Source: Candidatus Thalassarchaeaceae archaeon (GTDB lineage Archaea; Thermoplasmatota; Poseidoniia; Poseidoniales; Thalassarchaeaceae). From it: 52,530 nt of DNA. The notes under the pieces are model-generated. The model was not told the DNA's origin, did not search any database, and saw nothing but the letters and a program-made list of their open reading frames with translations. The stretch is from the NCBI GenBank assembly GCA_030747395.1, contig JASLKT010000004.1:1-52530 (forward strand), in the 5' to 3' direction. Made by a program: the position numbers and the translations under genes. Position 1 is the stretch's first letter, and each line of letters opens with the position of its first letter. Of the stretch, positions 1 through 10,683 are shown one piece after another.

Positions 1-66
1 TACGGGGCCGCTCGGACCAAAAACAACGAAGTTGATGTTCAAATAGTGAATGCCATAGCGGGAAAT

Positions 67-828
67 ATGGAAGCAAGCCAGTATTATGATTCATTGATCC
101 AGCAAGGTTACTCGCCTCAGCAAGCAGAACAGTATACTTCTCAACATTATCCGGGTTTTACTGCACAGCCAATAACGCCTATCCCAATACAGGATAGTGT
201 CGTGGGCGGGAACATACATTCGGGTGATGTGATACATCACCATCATGCTGCTCCTGCAGTGCAAGCAGAACCCGCACAAGAACAGTCTCTTTGGGCGCCG
301 GCTCAATCCGCAGCGCAGCCAGTTTTTCTTACTGAAACTAAGAAGAAAATTTACATCGCACCATGGGTGGGTGTTGGGTTGATTGTTTTCATGCTGATAA
401 TGCCCTTCGTTCAAGTGTCATTTGAAGGTGAAAATATTGGTGAAAGTATGTCAGGTTTCGAAATCATTGGTGAAATGGGTGAAGCGGCCTCTGAATCAGA
501 TGGTGGCGGTGACGGTGACGGTGATGATTTTGACATGAGCGACATCCCTGAAGAATGGGTATTGTTCGGGATTGCGATCCTCATGTTGATGTTTTCACCA
601 GTTGTCTATCTATTATTCGCAATCATTTCAACTGGATTACTGGCCTTCAAGAAGCATACATTGGTTGTCGGTATTTTGCACCTACTTTTCTTTGCCGTTT
701 TCTTCGCTTGTTCAGTTTTGGGTACGATTGAAATCGAAGGATACACCATGTCTGCTCATGCCAATATGGCCGGGTGGGGATTCTTTGGTGCTGGATTGGC
801 TGGAATCTTGCTCTGCATCAAGGCTTAG
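67..828 (+). CDS. Hypothetical membrane protein (N-terminal YY..L.QQGY...A..YT motif, Pro/Gln linker, ~4 TM helices)
   Basis: ORF 46..828; ATG at 67 lies ~25 nt after TATA-like TTCAAATA; several hydrophobic segments in the C-terminal half. Confidence 0.75.
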   Translation: MEASQYYDSLIQQGYSPQQAEQYTSQHYPGFTAQPITPIPIQDSVVGGNIHSGDVIHHHHAAPAVQAEPAQEQSLWAPAQSAAQPVFLTETKKKIYIAPWVGVGLIVFMLIMPFVQVSFEGENIGESMSGFEIIGEMGEAASESDGGGDGDGDDFDMSDIPEEWVLFGIAILMLMFSPVVYLLFAIISTGLLAFKKHTLVVGILHLLFFAVFFACSVLGTIEIEGYTMSAHANMAGWGFFGAGLAGILLCIKA

Positions 829-834
829 AGTGTC

Positions 835-857
835 AATCCTCCCTATGGGAGGGTTTT
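835..857 (+). terminator. Hairpin CCTCCC-TAT-GGGAGG followed by GTTTT; possible terminator
   Basis: Inverted repeat a few nt downstream of the stop at 828 with a short U tract. Confidence 0.45.
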
Positions 858-920
858 CGATTCAGCGGGACGCTCATATAGGGGGAGCAGGTCGGCGGAA
901 CGCTCCAAAGGGTGACTACC

Positions 921-1511
921 ATGGCTCGTTCACTACACCACGCAGTTCGTGAGGCCTGGAAGAGACCCAAAGATGGTATTCCTACAGACCACCGTCGTAA
1001 CCGTATGGCAGAGTGGCGCCGTGACCCCGTCATCAACCGAATCGAGCGCCCAACTCGCTTGGACGCAGCACGACGCATGGGCTACAAGGCCAAGCAGGGC
1101 GTTGTCATGGTTCGAACTCGAGTTCGCCGTGGTGGATTGCGAAAGTCCAAGATTAACATGAAGCGCAAGCCGAGCAAGATGGGTATGAAGAAAATCACCA
1201 TGGCAAAGAGCATCCAGCGCATCGCCGAAGAGCGCGTTGCACGCAAATTCCCGAACCTTGAGGTTCTCAACTCATATTGGGTTGGCGAAGATGGAAAGAA
1301 CAAGTTCTACGAATGCATTCTCATCGATCCAAGCCATCCTGCCATTCAGAACGACAAGCAGCTTGGCTGGGTTGTCAAGAACCGCCACTCTGGCCGTGTC
1401 TACCGTGGTAAGACCAGCGCAGGTAAGCGCGGTCGTGGTCTACACAACAAGGGTAAGGGTGCTGAGAAACTCCGCCCTTCACTCAAGGCCAACCTAAATC
1501 GTGGCAAGTAA
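921..1511 (+). CDS. rpl15e: 50S ribosomal protein L15e
   Basis: Motifs RIERPTRLDAARRMGYKAKQG, LEVLNSYWVGEDG, RGKTSAGKRGRGL; GGTGA SD at 911-915. Confidence 0.98.
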   Translation: MARSLHHAVREAWKRPKDGIPTDHRRNRMAEWRRDPVINRIERPTRLDAARRMGYKAKQGVVMVRTRVRRGGLRKSKINMKRKPSKMGMKKITMAKSIQRIAEERVARKFPNLEVLNSYWVGEDGKNKFYECILIDPSHPAIQNDKQLGWVVKNRHSGRVYRGKTSAGKRGRGLHNKGKGAEKLRPSLKANLNRGK

Positions 1512-1562
1512 GCCTGATTTCAGGCCCAAGGTTGATGGACGACCCTACTTCACCGCATTTCG

Positions 1563-1826
1563 ATGGGCGAAGCAGTCGCATCCGAACTTCGCGGTATGCC
1601 CGTCATCTTGCCAGATGGTCGCTTTCTTGGTACAGTCCACGACATGGTCGTCGATTCAGACGAGTGGACTTGCACACATTTGTTCGTCACCAACCCTCCC
1701 GCTGAATTGGTTGAGGGTCGCATCCATGTCGCCATCCCATGGCGATGGATTCGAGCGGTCGAAGATGTCGTCCTATTGCGTTGGTTTCCACCCACACCCA
1801 TTCCTCGTGAACCAGTGAACCCTTGA
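1563..1826 (+). CDS. PRC-barrel domain protein
   Basis: ASELRGMPVILPDGRFLGTVHDMVVD...IPWRWIRAVEDVVLL fits the PRC-barrel pattern. Confidence 0.85.
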   Translation: MGEAVASELRGMPVILPDGRFLGTVHDMVVDSDEWTCTHLFVTNPPAELVEGRIHVAIPWRWIRAVEDVVLLRWFPPTPIPREPVNP

Positions 1827-1905
1827 AATGGGATGGGTTTTCTCGATAGATTGGGACGCTGCCTGCGAAAGTGGGCGTCGTTCTGTTGAATCGCGAGGAA
1901 GTACC

Positions 1906-3012
1906 ATGTTTGAGTTACACGTGCTGGGCACGTCGAGCGCCCGTTTCGCACATGGGCGTTCCGTCTCAGGTTCAGTGCTGAACACACCTGGGGGCTTGGC
2001 CCTCATCGATTGTGGAGAGGGTATGCAGAAGCGCATGATGGACCACAACCGCGCTCTCAAATCGAGCGGCCTTGAAAACCGCACTCGAATCTCACGTATA
2101 CGCGCGATTTTTCTGACTCATGGACATTTGGATCACACATGGGGTCTGTTGCCATTGTTGCAAACACTGGATTTGGATGGACGCCAAAATCGCATGGTTG
2201 TCATGGGGCCCTCAACACGGGCCGCCATTGATTGGGCTACACAGCATCCTGGCGAAGCACCACCAGTGGACAGTGGAATCTCTTCGACAGATTTGGCCAT
2301 TCTATTTTCACAATGGCAAGCCATTGGAACCAAGGACGAGGACGCCTCATACACGATTGATTGGGTCCTCATTCCCATCGATGACGATCAGCCATTCAAA
2401 TCTCCAATTCAACCTCTTGAAGGGGTGACGGTTACCATTGTACCCACTCACCATGGAGTCCCTTCATGTGGATACCACTTTGAATCAAAGGGTGGGGTTG
2501 GGAAATTCGATATTGAGAAGGCAAATGAGATGGGTTTGTCAAAGGGACAGATTGGTCAACTTGCTCAAGGAAAAGACATCATCATCGATGATGAATCACT
2601 ATCTGCTGACAGTTTTCGTGGTGAACCACAACCCAGTCCCAGTTTGTTGGTGAGTGGGGATACCGCACATGGACCCGTCGGATTCAATGCAGAAAAATTA
2701 CCCAGCCCACCTCGTCTATTGCTCCATGAAGCCACCTTCCTAGCAGACAAGCAGGAAAAGGCGACTCAATACTACCATTCAACTGCAGCTGACGCTGCAC
2801 GGCACGCAACATCATGCAAGGCCAGTGTCCTTGCATTAACACACTATTCCAGTCGATTCAAGTCACTTTCTTCATTCGTCAGCGAAGCCCGAGAGCACTT
2901 CTCAGGTCCGGTCGCAGTCACACTGGATGGCGATTGGTTTGAGATTGCCACAGATGGTAACGTATTCCATCATGTGCGGGTGGAAAATGGTTGGAACAAG
3001 AAGAATCTGTGA
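1906..3012 (+). CDS. rnz: Ribonuclease Z (tRNA 3' endonuclease, metallo-beta-lactamase fold)
   Basis: LGTSSA, IDCGEG, THGHLDH (HxHxDH), flexible-arm GKFD..KA..G, SGDT, HEATF, HST, LTHYSSR. Confidence 0.92.
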   Translation: MFELHVLGTSSARFAHGRSVSGSVLNTPGGLALIDCGEGMQKRMMDHNRALKSSGLENRTRISRIRAIFLTHGHLDHTWGLLPLLQTLDLDGRQNRMVVMGPSTRAAIDWATQHPGEAPPVDSGISSTDLAILFSQWQAIGTKDEDASYTIDWVLIPIDDDQPFKSPIQPLEGVTVTIVPTHHGVPSCGYHFESKGGVGKFDIEKANEMGLSKGQIGQLAQGKDIIIDDESLSADSFRGEPQPSPSLLVSGDTAHGPVGFNAEKLPSPPRLLLHEATFLADKQEKATQYYHSTAADAARHATSCKASVLALTHYSSRFKSLSSFVSEAREHFSGPVAVTLDGDWFEIATDGNVFHHVRVENGWNKKNL

Positions 3013-3060
3013 TACACTGTCATGGGCGACCTTCAAAGGTGATTGAATCAAGCGGTCGAT

Positions 3061-5454
3061 ATGCGACACGCACGTGTAGTGTTCTTCCTCGTCACACTTC
3101 TCGTGATGTCATCACTTCCACTTGGCTCTGCCAGTGAAGGTCGCTCGACTGTATGTGGCACAACTGACATGGGTGTAATGCCCGACCCCATCCTCATTGC
3201 AGATCAAGAATGTGAGAAGATTTCATTGGGGATTTTGGCACCCGGAACCATCGTAGAATTCGATGTTACGGGGGATGTCAATTTTGATTTCCTCGTATTC
3301 AGAAACGCTGCATTGCAAGTCTACGCTAACGATCAATCCTACCGCTCAGCAATCTATTGGGCCGAAGATACAGTGTTTGAGGACATGGTTGGTTCAGGTC
3401 GCTGGCATTGGACAGTGCCAGCAGATGAGAGTGAGCAGAATTGGTATGTTGTACTCGATAATCTGGCGCACCCTGGCGATGAGGGTCAAGGCGCTCAAGG
3501 AGGAAGTTCCCTCCAGGTGAGTCTCGATATTTCGTTCCCGACTCAGAGTTATTGGACAATCCACGACGCCTTGGTTAATCTGGATGTGAACAGTCATACA
3601 CAATTGCTCGATGAGAGCCTTCTAAATCTCGATGAAGGGACTCAAGTGTTAATCAATGCAATTCCATTGTCAGGGAATCCAGATCTCTTCCTTCTCACTG
3701 CGAATCAGCGAACCAGTTACCTCGAAGGCACCTCTCCCGAGTTCCGCATCACTGGCGCAGATCTTCTTCAGGTCACAACCGAAGACAGTGTTGTCTGGAT
3801 GGTTGATTCAACCTATGCCAATCAGCCGCTCTATCTCTATGCCGACAATGAAGTTGGACCCACAGGAGGTGGCGATGGCCTGACACCTGCAAGTTTGACA
3901 GTTATCGTGACCCTGTTACCTGTATTGGATGCGACCATCACTAGCAATGCTGCAGAGATTGTAGATGTGGGTGATGTTGTGACATTTTCAGCAACCAGTA
4001 CGCCCAATCTTTCCAACCAGGTTGACACAGGTGCCTATGAGTGGGACTTGGATGGAGATGGTACCTTTGAGTTGACAGGACCTACTGCCGATGTGTCTTG
4101 GGCCTATGAGGACACTTTCACGGTTACCTTGCGTGTCAATGGAGTCGATGGCCGAGTTGACACATCATCTATTTCCATCGATGTTGAAGATCAAACAAAT
4201 CCAACTGTAATTATCAATGGTGGCAACAACTTGGTTCGAGGATTTGATGAATCATTTACTATTTCCAGTTCATCAGATGATAATTTTGCAATCAGTCGAG
4301 AAGAATGGTATGCTGATGGACTTCTCATTCAAACGGATTCAGGTACGGGTAACTCGTTCTCTTACAGTTTCTCATCTGCTGGAAATCACAGTGTTGAACT
4401 GCGTGCGTTTGACCCCGCAAATTTGTCATCATCTCTCTCTATCAACGTGACCGTTCAGGATCGAACATCGCCCATACTGGATGCCATTACAGGACCAACT
4501 GATGTGATGGCAGGGGAAGAGAACACATGGCGATTGAATGCTAGTGATCCCAATTCACCCGTGTTAACTTGGTCATGGGATTTCGATCGTTCTGTCGATA
4601 TCGATGAAGATGGTGACACCAAGAATGATGCCGAAGCCACCGGTGATTTGGTGAAGTGGACATTTACCAAGGGTGGCGATTACTCAATCACATGCACAGT
4701 CACAAATGAACAAGGCCTCACATCTACCCGTGAATTGAATGTTCATGTTGAGGATCAACCATCTTCTTCCTCAGCAATACTTGGATTGGTCTACATCTTG
4801 CCCATCGGTGCCATCATCGGTGCCATTGTGGGGGGCTTTTTCTTGTTCAGATGGGTGAATCAGAGACGCACCCATCAAGAACTGGTGGCCGAAGAAGTAG
4901 CCCGAACCGCCGCAGAGGAAGCCGAAGCAGCCCGAGAACCAGACCATGAAGAGCAATTGTCAATGTTCCAAAATCGAGGTAGCGCTACGAGTGGATTCCA
5001 GCGTGGTGGCGGCAATGATATGGCTCAAATTGCCGGTGTAGGAGCCGGATATGGAGTTCAACAACAACCGGTTAGGACACAATCGAGTGGTGTTGATGAC
5101 GCCGCTTTACTCTCAGCCTTTGCAGAACCCGATGTTGAACCCACTCCTGTGGCCGAACCCGAATCAAAACCTGAACCTCAAGTAGCCGCGCCTACAGGTG
5201 AGCGTGCTAGCGTTCTATCCAGTGGAATCCAGATGCCCAATGTGATGAATGATCAGACCCCAATCGACACAACCACCCCTGAACCCGAACCGATTGTAAC
5301 CGAGGCAACACCCCCTCCAGCAGAACAAACAACGGAAGTTGTCGGCACATGTGGAGAATGTGGCCAACAGTATGCTGTTGACATGCCCCTCGGAATCGAA
5401 CAAGCGCAAATTGACTGTCCAAAGTGTGGAAATCGGAGTACAATCCAGCGTTGA
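3061..5454 (+). CDS. Secreted/membrane-anchored PKD-domain protein with C-terminal cytoplasmic Zn ribbon
   Basis: Signal peptide; PKD-like repeats (YEWDLDGDG, WSWDFD, GDYSITCTVT); TM helix; Pro-rich linker; CGECG...CPKCG. Confidence 0.85.
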   Translation: MRHARVVFFLVTLLVMSSLPLGSASEGRSTVCGTTDMGVMPDPILIADQECEKISLGILAPGTIVEFDVTGDVNFDFLVFRNAALQVYANDQSYRSAIYWAEDTVFEDMVGSGRWHWTVPADESEQNWYVVLDNLAHPGDEGQGAQGGSSLQVSLDISFPTQSYWTIHDALVNLDVNSHTQLLDESLLNLDEGTQVLINAIPLSGNPDLFLLTANQRTSYLEGTSPEFRITGADLLQVTTEDSVVWMVDSTYANQPLYLYADNEVGPTGGGDGLTPASLTVIVTLLPVLDATITSNAAEIVDVGDVVTFSATSTPNLSNQVDTGAYEWDLDGDGTFELTGPTADVSWAYEDTFTVTLRVNGVDGRVDTSSISIDVEDQTNPTVIINGGNNLVRGFDESFTISSSSDDNFAISREEWYADGLLIQTDSGTGNSFSYSFSSAGNHSVELRAFDPANLSSSLSINVTVQDRTSPILDAITGPTDVMAGEENTWRLNASDPNSPVLTWSWDFDRSVDIDEDGDTKNDAEATGDLVKWTFTKGGDYSITCTVTNEQGLTSTRELNVHVEDQPSSSSAILGLVYILPIGAIIGAIVGGFFLFRWVNQRRTHQELVAEEVARTAAEEAEAAREPDHEEQLSMFQNRGSATSGFQRGGGNDMAQIAGVGAGYGVQQQPVRTQSSGVDDAALLSAFAEPDVEPTPVAEPESKPEPQVAAPTGERASVLSSGIQMPNVMNDQTPIDTTTPEPEPIVTEATPPPAEQTTEVVGTCGECGQQYAVDMPLGIEQAQIDCPKCGNRSTIQR

Positions 5455-5534
5455 GAATGGAATGGGGAACCCCCTCCCCTCGCGCACAAGGGTCGGAGAC
5501 CCTTTAGACGGAGGGAGTGGCAGTGTATACCAAC

Positions 5535-8500
5535 ATGGAGGGCAGCACTCGTTTGATTTTGGCAGCGCCACGCGCTCGTGACCGAACCAGTTTGGCCCTT
5601 GTTCTCATTTTGATTATACCCATGTTGAGTCCGTTCATGGCCGTACAGGCCACTCAGGTTCGGGCTGAAGATTTTGGAATCATATCCGAATTGCACGATG
5701 TGTTGGCCACTCGAGATTTGATGCTCGATAGCGATCAAATTGAACTGCAGGCGGAGAATTCACTGGCACCGGTTCGCAATGGTGTCCGTTCCATCGGTTC
5801 TCAAGATCCTTTGACTCATATCGATACGGCCCTTGATGGATTGATTGTAGAACCATCAACCCCCCAAGGGGTCGACCATCCCGCTCCGATTGATATTCTG
5901 CTGGGCGATGACGCTCCTCCAGGATTAGTGGACACCATATGGAGTACACTGATCAATCTGACCGATTACGTCATTTGGTCTGAATATCAAGCTCAGAACG
6001 ATGGCCCTAATCACGAGAAGTACACCGTTGTCCCATTCTCAGCATCACTTCTGAGTTTATTCAGTCAAGAGCCATTGATGCATGAGATTGACATCGATGG
6101 AGATGATGATCCAGGTACCACGACAGTCGAGAATCCAGATATTCGTGTCGGCCTTACGATTGGCTTTGACCTTGCACCGGGTGAAGGTTGGGGATTGCTT
6201 GGCAGTCCTCCCACACAACTGTGGCTTGAGCCATCCATCGAATACCGAGTGGAAGTCATCAATCCATCAGATCAAATTTGGAATGTGATGGACACACTTG
6301 AGGTTTCATTGATGAAACCGTTCGCATATGGAATCAATCCGACCGTATCCGGGGAATCTTATGTCTGGCTCATCGATTCTCACTTCACTATCCCGCCAAC
6401 AGATTGGGCCTTACAGGTTGGATTTGAGCGATTTTGGTTTGACCTCTCTGCTGCAGGTTCAGAGTTGATTGCCTCATTGCTTCTACTCGCTTCTGGGTTG
6501 TCATCAGGCACGCCCACAGGAGATGATAGTGGAGTTACAATTGCCGCTCTCTCTGCACCAATCTCAATCCAAATCGATAATGACGGGCAAACTCAATGCC
6601 CTCCGCACTATGAACCAAATACAGGTTATCTCAACCCATCTTGGGAACATGACTGCCGAATCGGTGTTGGATTTGGGTACGGTCATTTCTCACCAGAAGA
6701 TAATGGACAACGAGATATTTGGGAATTGTCCTATCTCGAGGTCGGAGTGCATCCAGTTTCGATGAGTTATGACCTGCCTTCGATTGTCGATTTGACAATT
6801 CGTACCGACAATGTTCTTCCTACAGGATCGGGTACCGTGGGCGAAGATGGCCTCACATCAATCGAATATTATGCTGATGAACGAGCCGACCTATGGCTCC
6901 ATTTCCACGAGAATCGAAGTGAATACAGAGAAAGTGCATCGGAACCATACGGAAATGTCACTGAAACATTGGTTTGGCTTCGAGGCATGCCTTCAGGAAC
7001 CCTGACACCAACGGAAATTGAACGCTGCTTCCAGATGTTAGGGAGTGCTTCACAACCTGAACTTCCCGGGCAAATACCCAGTCGCTTATCGCTGATATTG
7101 GGAATCAAAAATTTCACTCGTGATTCAACTCCAAACGTCAACGACCCGACACTTCCAATCGATCCACAGAATCCACCCAATACATTGGTGCTTCTTCGAT
7201 CGACCCAATCTGTGACCGCCTTGGATTATGTTTCTTGGTTCCAACGTGAAGGCGTCGAAACGGATCATCGTAAAACACTCATGTCCGCTGAAGATTTACC
7301 CACTGGTCTTCTCCTCTACGGCGATTTTTGGTTGGGAGGTAGCGAAGAACAAGAAGTAGACACACTCGACGATAGTTTGGATGTCTTGTCAATGATTCTC
7401 GACGTCACAATTCTCGCGGTCGTCGATATTTTCTTGGATATTTCAAACATTGTCAACAGTATTCCAAATGCGCTCGTCGATGTAATCAGTGGTAGCACGG
7501 GCAGCGCTACTCAAGGGACTGCCATCCATTTGGAGATGCTAACTGATTTCGAAGTAGGTCGCCAACCCATGCCCATCAGCACTCTGAAATTGGTCATGGG
7601 TTCGACCGATATCCCTACCGCTTACGGTCCGCATTTGATTTTGGCTGATGACAAGAGTACGACAGTCGTCCAAGGTCGTCACGGGCAAGTGGATAAATTG
7701 GTCCCAATCTCCATGAGTTTACATCACGAGGGATTGCATTCACTGCACATAGTCGATGATGTGGAAACTCAATCACAGCAAATTTCGATGGGAGCAAATG
7801 GTGGAGATCCACTTCGCATCCTGTTCCTTGAACATGAAGATGATGAGTTCGGCAATATCGATATTCCAAGCAGCGATTTCCAATATGTACTCCTTTCAGA
7901 TCACCCTGCTTCACTCGACATCATTGTATCTGAAAGTGAACTTTCATTCACATCAGATCGTGACATTGCTGAGGTTGTATACGCTGGACGTGAAGGCATT
8001 CAACGACAGGTGTTAGACATTGATTTCCTACCGGGTAACTTTACGATGGCGATTGGTGATGACGTGTCATGGATATCCCAATCTCCGATCGGCACTCTTT
8101 CTCTGATGATTTCAAACGCCACCGATCCCAAAACCATGGACGGCGATCATTTCCTATTCATGCAGAACCAAGATTTGGGTGAAGCTACACTGTCTGCCCG
8201 CGTGCACGGAATCACCGAAGTTGGATTCCTCGGAGCTGAGATGCCCGGTGTGCCGGGTGAAGCCGGCCGTGGCACAGGATTCCTTGTTGGACCAGGGGAC
8301 ACGCCATTCCAAGCCGTCATCGTCGATCAGACCACGCACGAATCTCCAGCCGATGGTTTGACTGCTCACGTTCTCATTGACCCCCTCCCCTCAAATCTCG
8401 CGTTTGAGGTGCCACAGGGTGGTGTTGGCGAGGCCAGCGCCTTAGAAGTCCCTCAGTTTACCACAGATGAAGGCCTTGCAGGAATTGCATTCTTCCTTGC

Positions 8501-9929
8501 AGGATTCACCGATTTCGGCCAGAGTGTTAACGGAATGCTTGGAGAATTGGTGACCAGTGTCACCGGGGGTGCAATCGATGATCAACGCTCAGACTTTTCA
8601 TTCGGCATCGAACTGGAAGCAGACCAAGAATTCGATTTGATTGTCGATGCGCAACAAGGACGCATGACACTCGATGAACCCGAATGGTTGCATGGGATTT
8701 CAGTAGAAGCCGATCTCGCAGAGGATAACCACACTGCCTTCCGATCTCGCGTTTGGCTACCTGGCTTAGCCCCCACTATCGATCTTTCAATCGATTATCA
8801 GAATCTCAGTGTAACAGACCGTTGGGATATCGACATTGAATTGGATGGATGGTTACCTGCGAATCCTGAATTCATGATCGAAGTCAACAATTACAATGGG
8901 AGAGATTTGCATCTGATGTTGCTCGGATTTGAACCGGGTCAATCGACGGATTTGAAAATTGAGTCTCAAATCACCACTGATTATCGCCCCGTGGTGCCAC
9001 AATTATCGATTTTCAGTAATTATCAGATGAGTACCGCATTGGACGCAATTCATGCGACATTGCTCGATCGAACCCAATCGACCCGTTACGAATTGCTCTT
9101 GCAAGGTATCCCTGAACAACTCGACATGACTGCATCGCTGGGGTCCATGGTTTCCGTCGGTATGGAGGCTGGAGAATCGGGGGCATCTGGATTGTCAATT
9201 GATTCATTGATGCTGCAGATGAACCGATTTAATTCAGGTAAATGGTGGCCTGCGACCGTATTCCTGCATGAGTTGCCGCGACAGATGAATCTCTCAACAG
9301 CACCATCCAATGTATTTGACATCACGAAACCGGTCTCTTTCCAAGGCATGTCCACGCTGGTATTTTCATCATCAGGTCCTGGAATGGACCTCTTCATTTC
9401 AACCACTGGACGTGCGGTTGAAGCACGTGGAGACACTCTACTATTGGCAGAGAATCTGGCCAGTCATATGAGCATCGAACCCACTGCTGATTTCGGTTTG
9501 AGGGTCACCAGCAGTGGTGCGGGAATCGAGCGTCTCTATTTGCGCCAGAACGATGTCCCTACCCAACCCGGCGTGTGGCTTGAGCAACTCGAAGCCGCTG
9601 GTGAGAATCTCAAGAGTGCGACAATCCAACTCAACAATATCGGGCCCTATCCAATTTTCAAGATTGAAGATGTACGGGGTGGGCGAATCATTGCCAACGC
9701 TAGAGCCACGGTCGATGTAGGGGATACCTCATTTGATGGGCGAGCAGTCCTGATTGATGCCCAGATTACAGGAGGTATTCCAACGGGCACCACCATTGGT
9801 GTGAACGGACTTGCTTCCGATCTTTCCATTCTCAATTTGATGGGCTTCAAGGGTGAGACGACCCACTACCTATTGCCTGAACCATTGACTACGGCAGTTG
9901 TCACGGGAGTGGCCACGTTGACAGGGTGA
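5535..9929 (+). CDS. Large (~1460 aa) secreted hypothetical beta-rich protein
   Basis: Long uninterrupted ORF with N-terminal signal-like segment; no family recognised; start uncertain (5517/5535/5553). Confidence 0.8.
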   Translation: MEGSTRLILAAPRARDRTSLALVLILIIPMLSPFMAVQATQVRAEDFGIISELHDVLATRDLMLDSDQIELQAENSLAPVRNGVRSIGSQDPLTHIDTALDGLIVEPSTPQGVDHPAPIDILLGDDAPPGLVDTIWSTLINLTDYVIWSEYQAQNDGPNHEKYTVVPFSASLLSLFSQEPLMHEIDIDGDDDPGTTTVENPDIRVGLTIGFDLAPGEGWGLLGSPPTQLWLEPSIEYRVEVINPSDQIWNVMDTLEVSLMKPFAYGINPTVSGESYVWLIDSHFTIPPTDWALQVGFERFWFDLSAAGSELIASLLLLASGLSSGTPTGDDSGVTIAALSAPISIQIDNDGQTQCPPHYEPNTGYLNPSWEHDCRIGVGFGYGHFSPEDNGQRDIWELSYLEVGVHPVSMSYDLPSIVDLTIRTDNVLPTGSGTVGEDGLTSIEYYADERADLWLHFHENRSEYRESASEPYGNVTETLVWLRGMPSGTLTPTEIERCFQMLGSASQPELPGQIPSRLSLILGIKNFTRDSTPNVNDPTLPIDPQNPPNTLVLLRSTQSVTALDYVSWFQREGVETDHRKTLMSAEDLPTGLLLYGDFWLGGSEEQEVDTLDDSLDVLSMILDVTILAVVDIFLDISNIVNSIPNALVDVISGSTGSATQGTAIHLEMLTDFEVGRQPMPISTLKLVMGSTDIPTAYGPHLILADDKSTTVVQGRHGQVDKLVPISMSLHHEGLHSLHIVDDVETQSQQISMGANGGDPLRILFLEHEDDEFGNIDIPSSDFQYVLLSDHPASLDIIVSESELSFTSDRDIAEVVYAGREGIQRQVLDIDFLPGNFTMAIGDDVSWISQSPIGTLSLMISNATDPKTMDGDHFLFMQNQDLGEATLSARVHGITEVGFLGAEMPGVPGEAGRGTGFLVGPGDTPFQAVIVDQTTHESPADGLTAHVLIDPLPSNLAFEVPQGGVGEASALEVPQFTTDEGLAGIAFFLAGFTDFGQSVNGMLGELVTSVTGGAIDDQRSDFSFGIELEADQEFDLIVDAQQGRMTLDEPEWLHGISVEADLAEDNHTAFRSRVWLPGLAPTIDLSIDYQNLSVTDRWDIDIELDGWLPANPEFMIEVNNYNGRDLHLMLLGFEPGQSTDLKIESQITTDYRPVVPQLSIFSNYQMSTALDAIHATLLDRTQSTRYELLLQGIPEQLDMTASLGSMVSVGMEAGESGASGLSIDSLMLQMNRFNSGKWWPATVFLHELPRQMNLSTAPSNVFDITKPVSFQGMSTLVFSSSGPGMDLFISTTGRAVEARGDTLLLAENLASHMSIEPTADFGLRVTSSGAGIERLYLRQNDVPTQPGVWLEQLEAAGENLKSATIQLNNIGPYPIFKIEDVRGGRIIANARATVDVGDTSFDGRAVLIDAQITGGIPTGTTIGVNGLASDLSILNLMGFKGETTHYLLPEPLTTAVVTGVATLTG

Positions 9930-9933
9930 TATC

Positions 9934-10608
9934 ATGGCGAAGAAAGATGAAGAAATCGAAGGAATGTACACTTTGGTTGGTGACCCTGACAATCCAGACT
10001 TGGAAGTCGCTGATGATGGTAAAATCAGTCTCACTGATCGCATTCGAAAGATGAAGAAAAAAATCCTCAAAGACGATTTTGAGCCCACAGAAGAGCAACG
10101 GGAAATTGCTGAACAAGCCTATGCTCGCGCCCAAGATGTCGTCAATTTGGTCACACCAACGCGAGTAGTGCTCGCGTCCATTTTCATGGCTGGTTTGATG
10201 CTCAGCATTTTCGCGCTCGGATTCTGGGTTGTTCCGAGAGACGCCGTCGATGTCGAAGTGGTCTACAAGCAGGGTGGGCCCGGCCATGTTGTCCTCTTGC
10301 AAGTACACAATTTCGGTAGTCGCCCCCTCGCGAATGTTGAGGTTGATGCCTCCTTTTCCAATCAGGATGGTGAGGTATTGAATTCCACTCATTTCGGCCC
10401 ATTTTCATTATTGGCCCATACATCAATTGCTGGAGACAATCTTGAATTGGTGATTACTGGCGAATCAATTTGGGAACTATACACCATCGAAGTCACACTC
10501 GATTACGATAACTATGATGGTGCCGTATCAAAGCAAACTTGGATCATTGAAGTTGGAGAGTATACCTTTGAAACTCACACCCTCGATGCCGAGCGTCAAT
10601 GGTTCTGA
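9934..10608 (+). CDS. Hypothetical single-pass membrane protein with Ig-like C-terminal domain
   Basis: GGTGA SD overlapping the upstream stop; charged N-terminus, TM (VVLASIFMAGLMLSIFALGFW), beta-strand-rich C-terminus. Confidence 0.8.
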   Translation: MAKKDEEIEGMYTLVGDPDNPDLEVADDGKISLTDRIRKMKKKILKDDFEPTEEQREIAEQAYARAQDVVNLVTPTRVVLASIFMAGLMLSIFALGFWVVPRDAVDVEVVYKQGGPGHVVLLQVHNFGSRPLANVEVDASFSNQDGEVLNSTHFGPFSLLAHTSIAGDNLELVITGESIWELYTIEVTLDYDNYDGAVSKQTWIIEVGEYTFETHTLDAERQWF

Positions 10609-10627
10609 ACGACACCATAGGTGTCGT
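10609..10627. promoter_or_regulatory. Perfect 8-3-8 palindrome ACGACACC-ATA-GGTGTCGT immediately after a stop codon (terminator/stabiliser or operator)
   Basis: Read directly from the sequence; function unknown. Confidence 0.5.
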
Positions 10628-10683
10628 CATGAGCAGGGAAGATAGAAAGCGGTCTCGGCAACCCCCCACCTTTGGGGAGCCGT

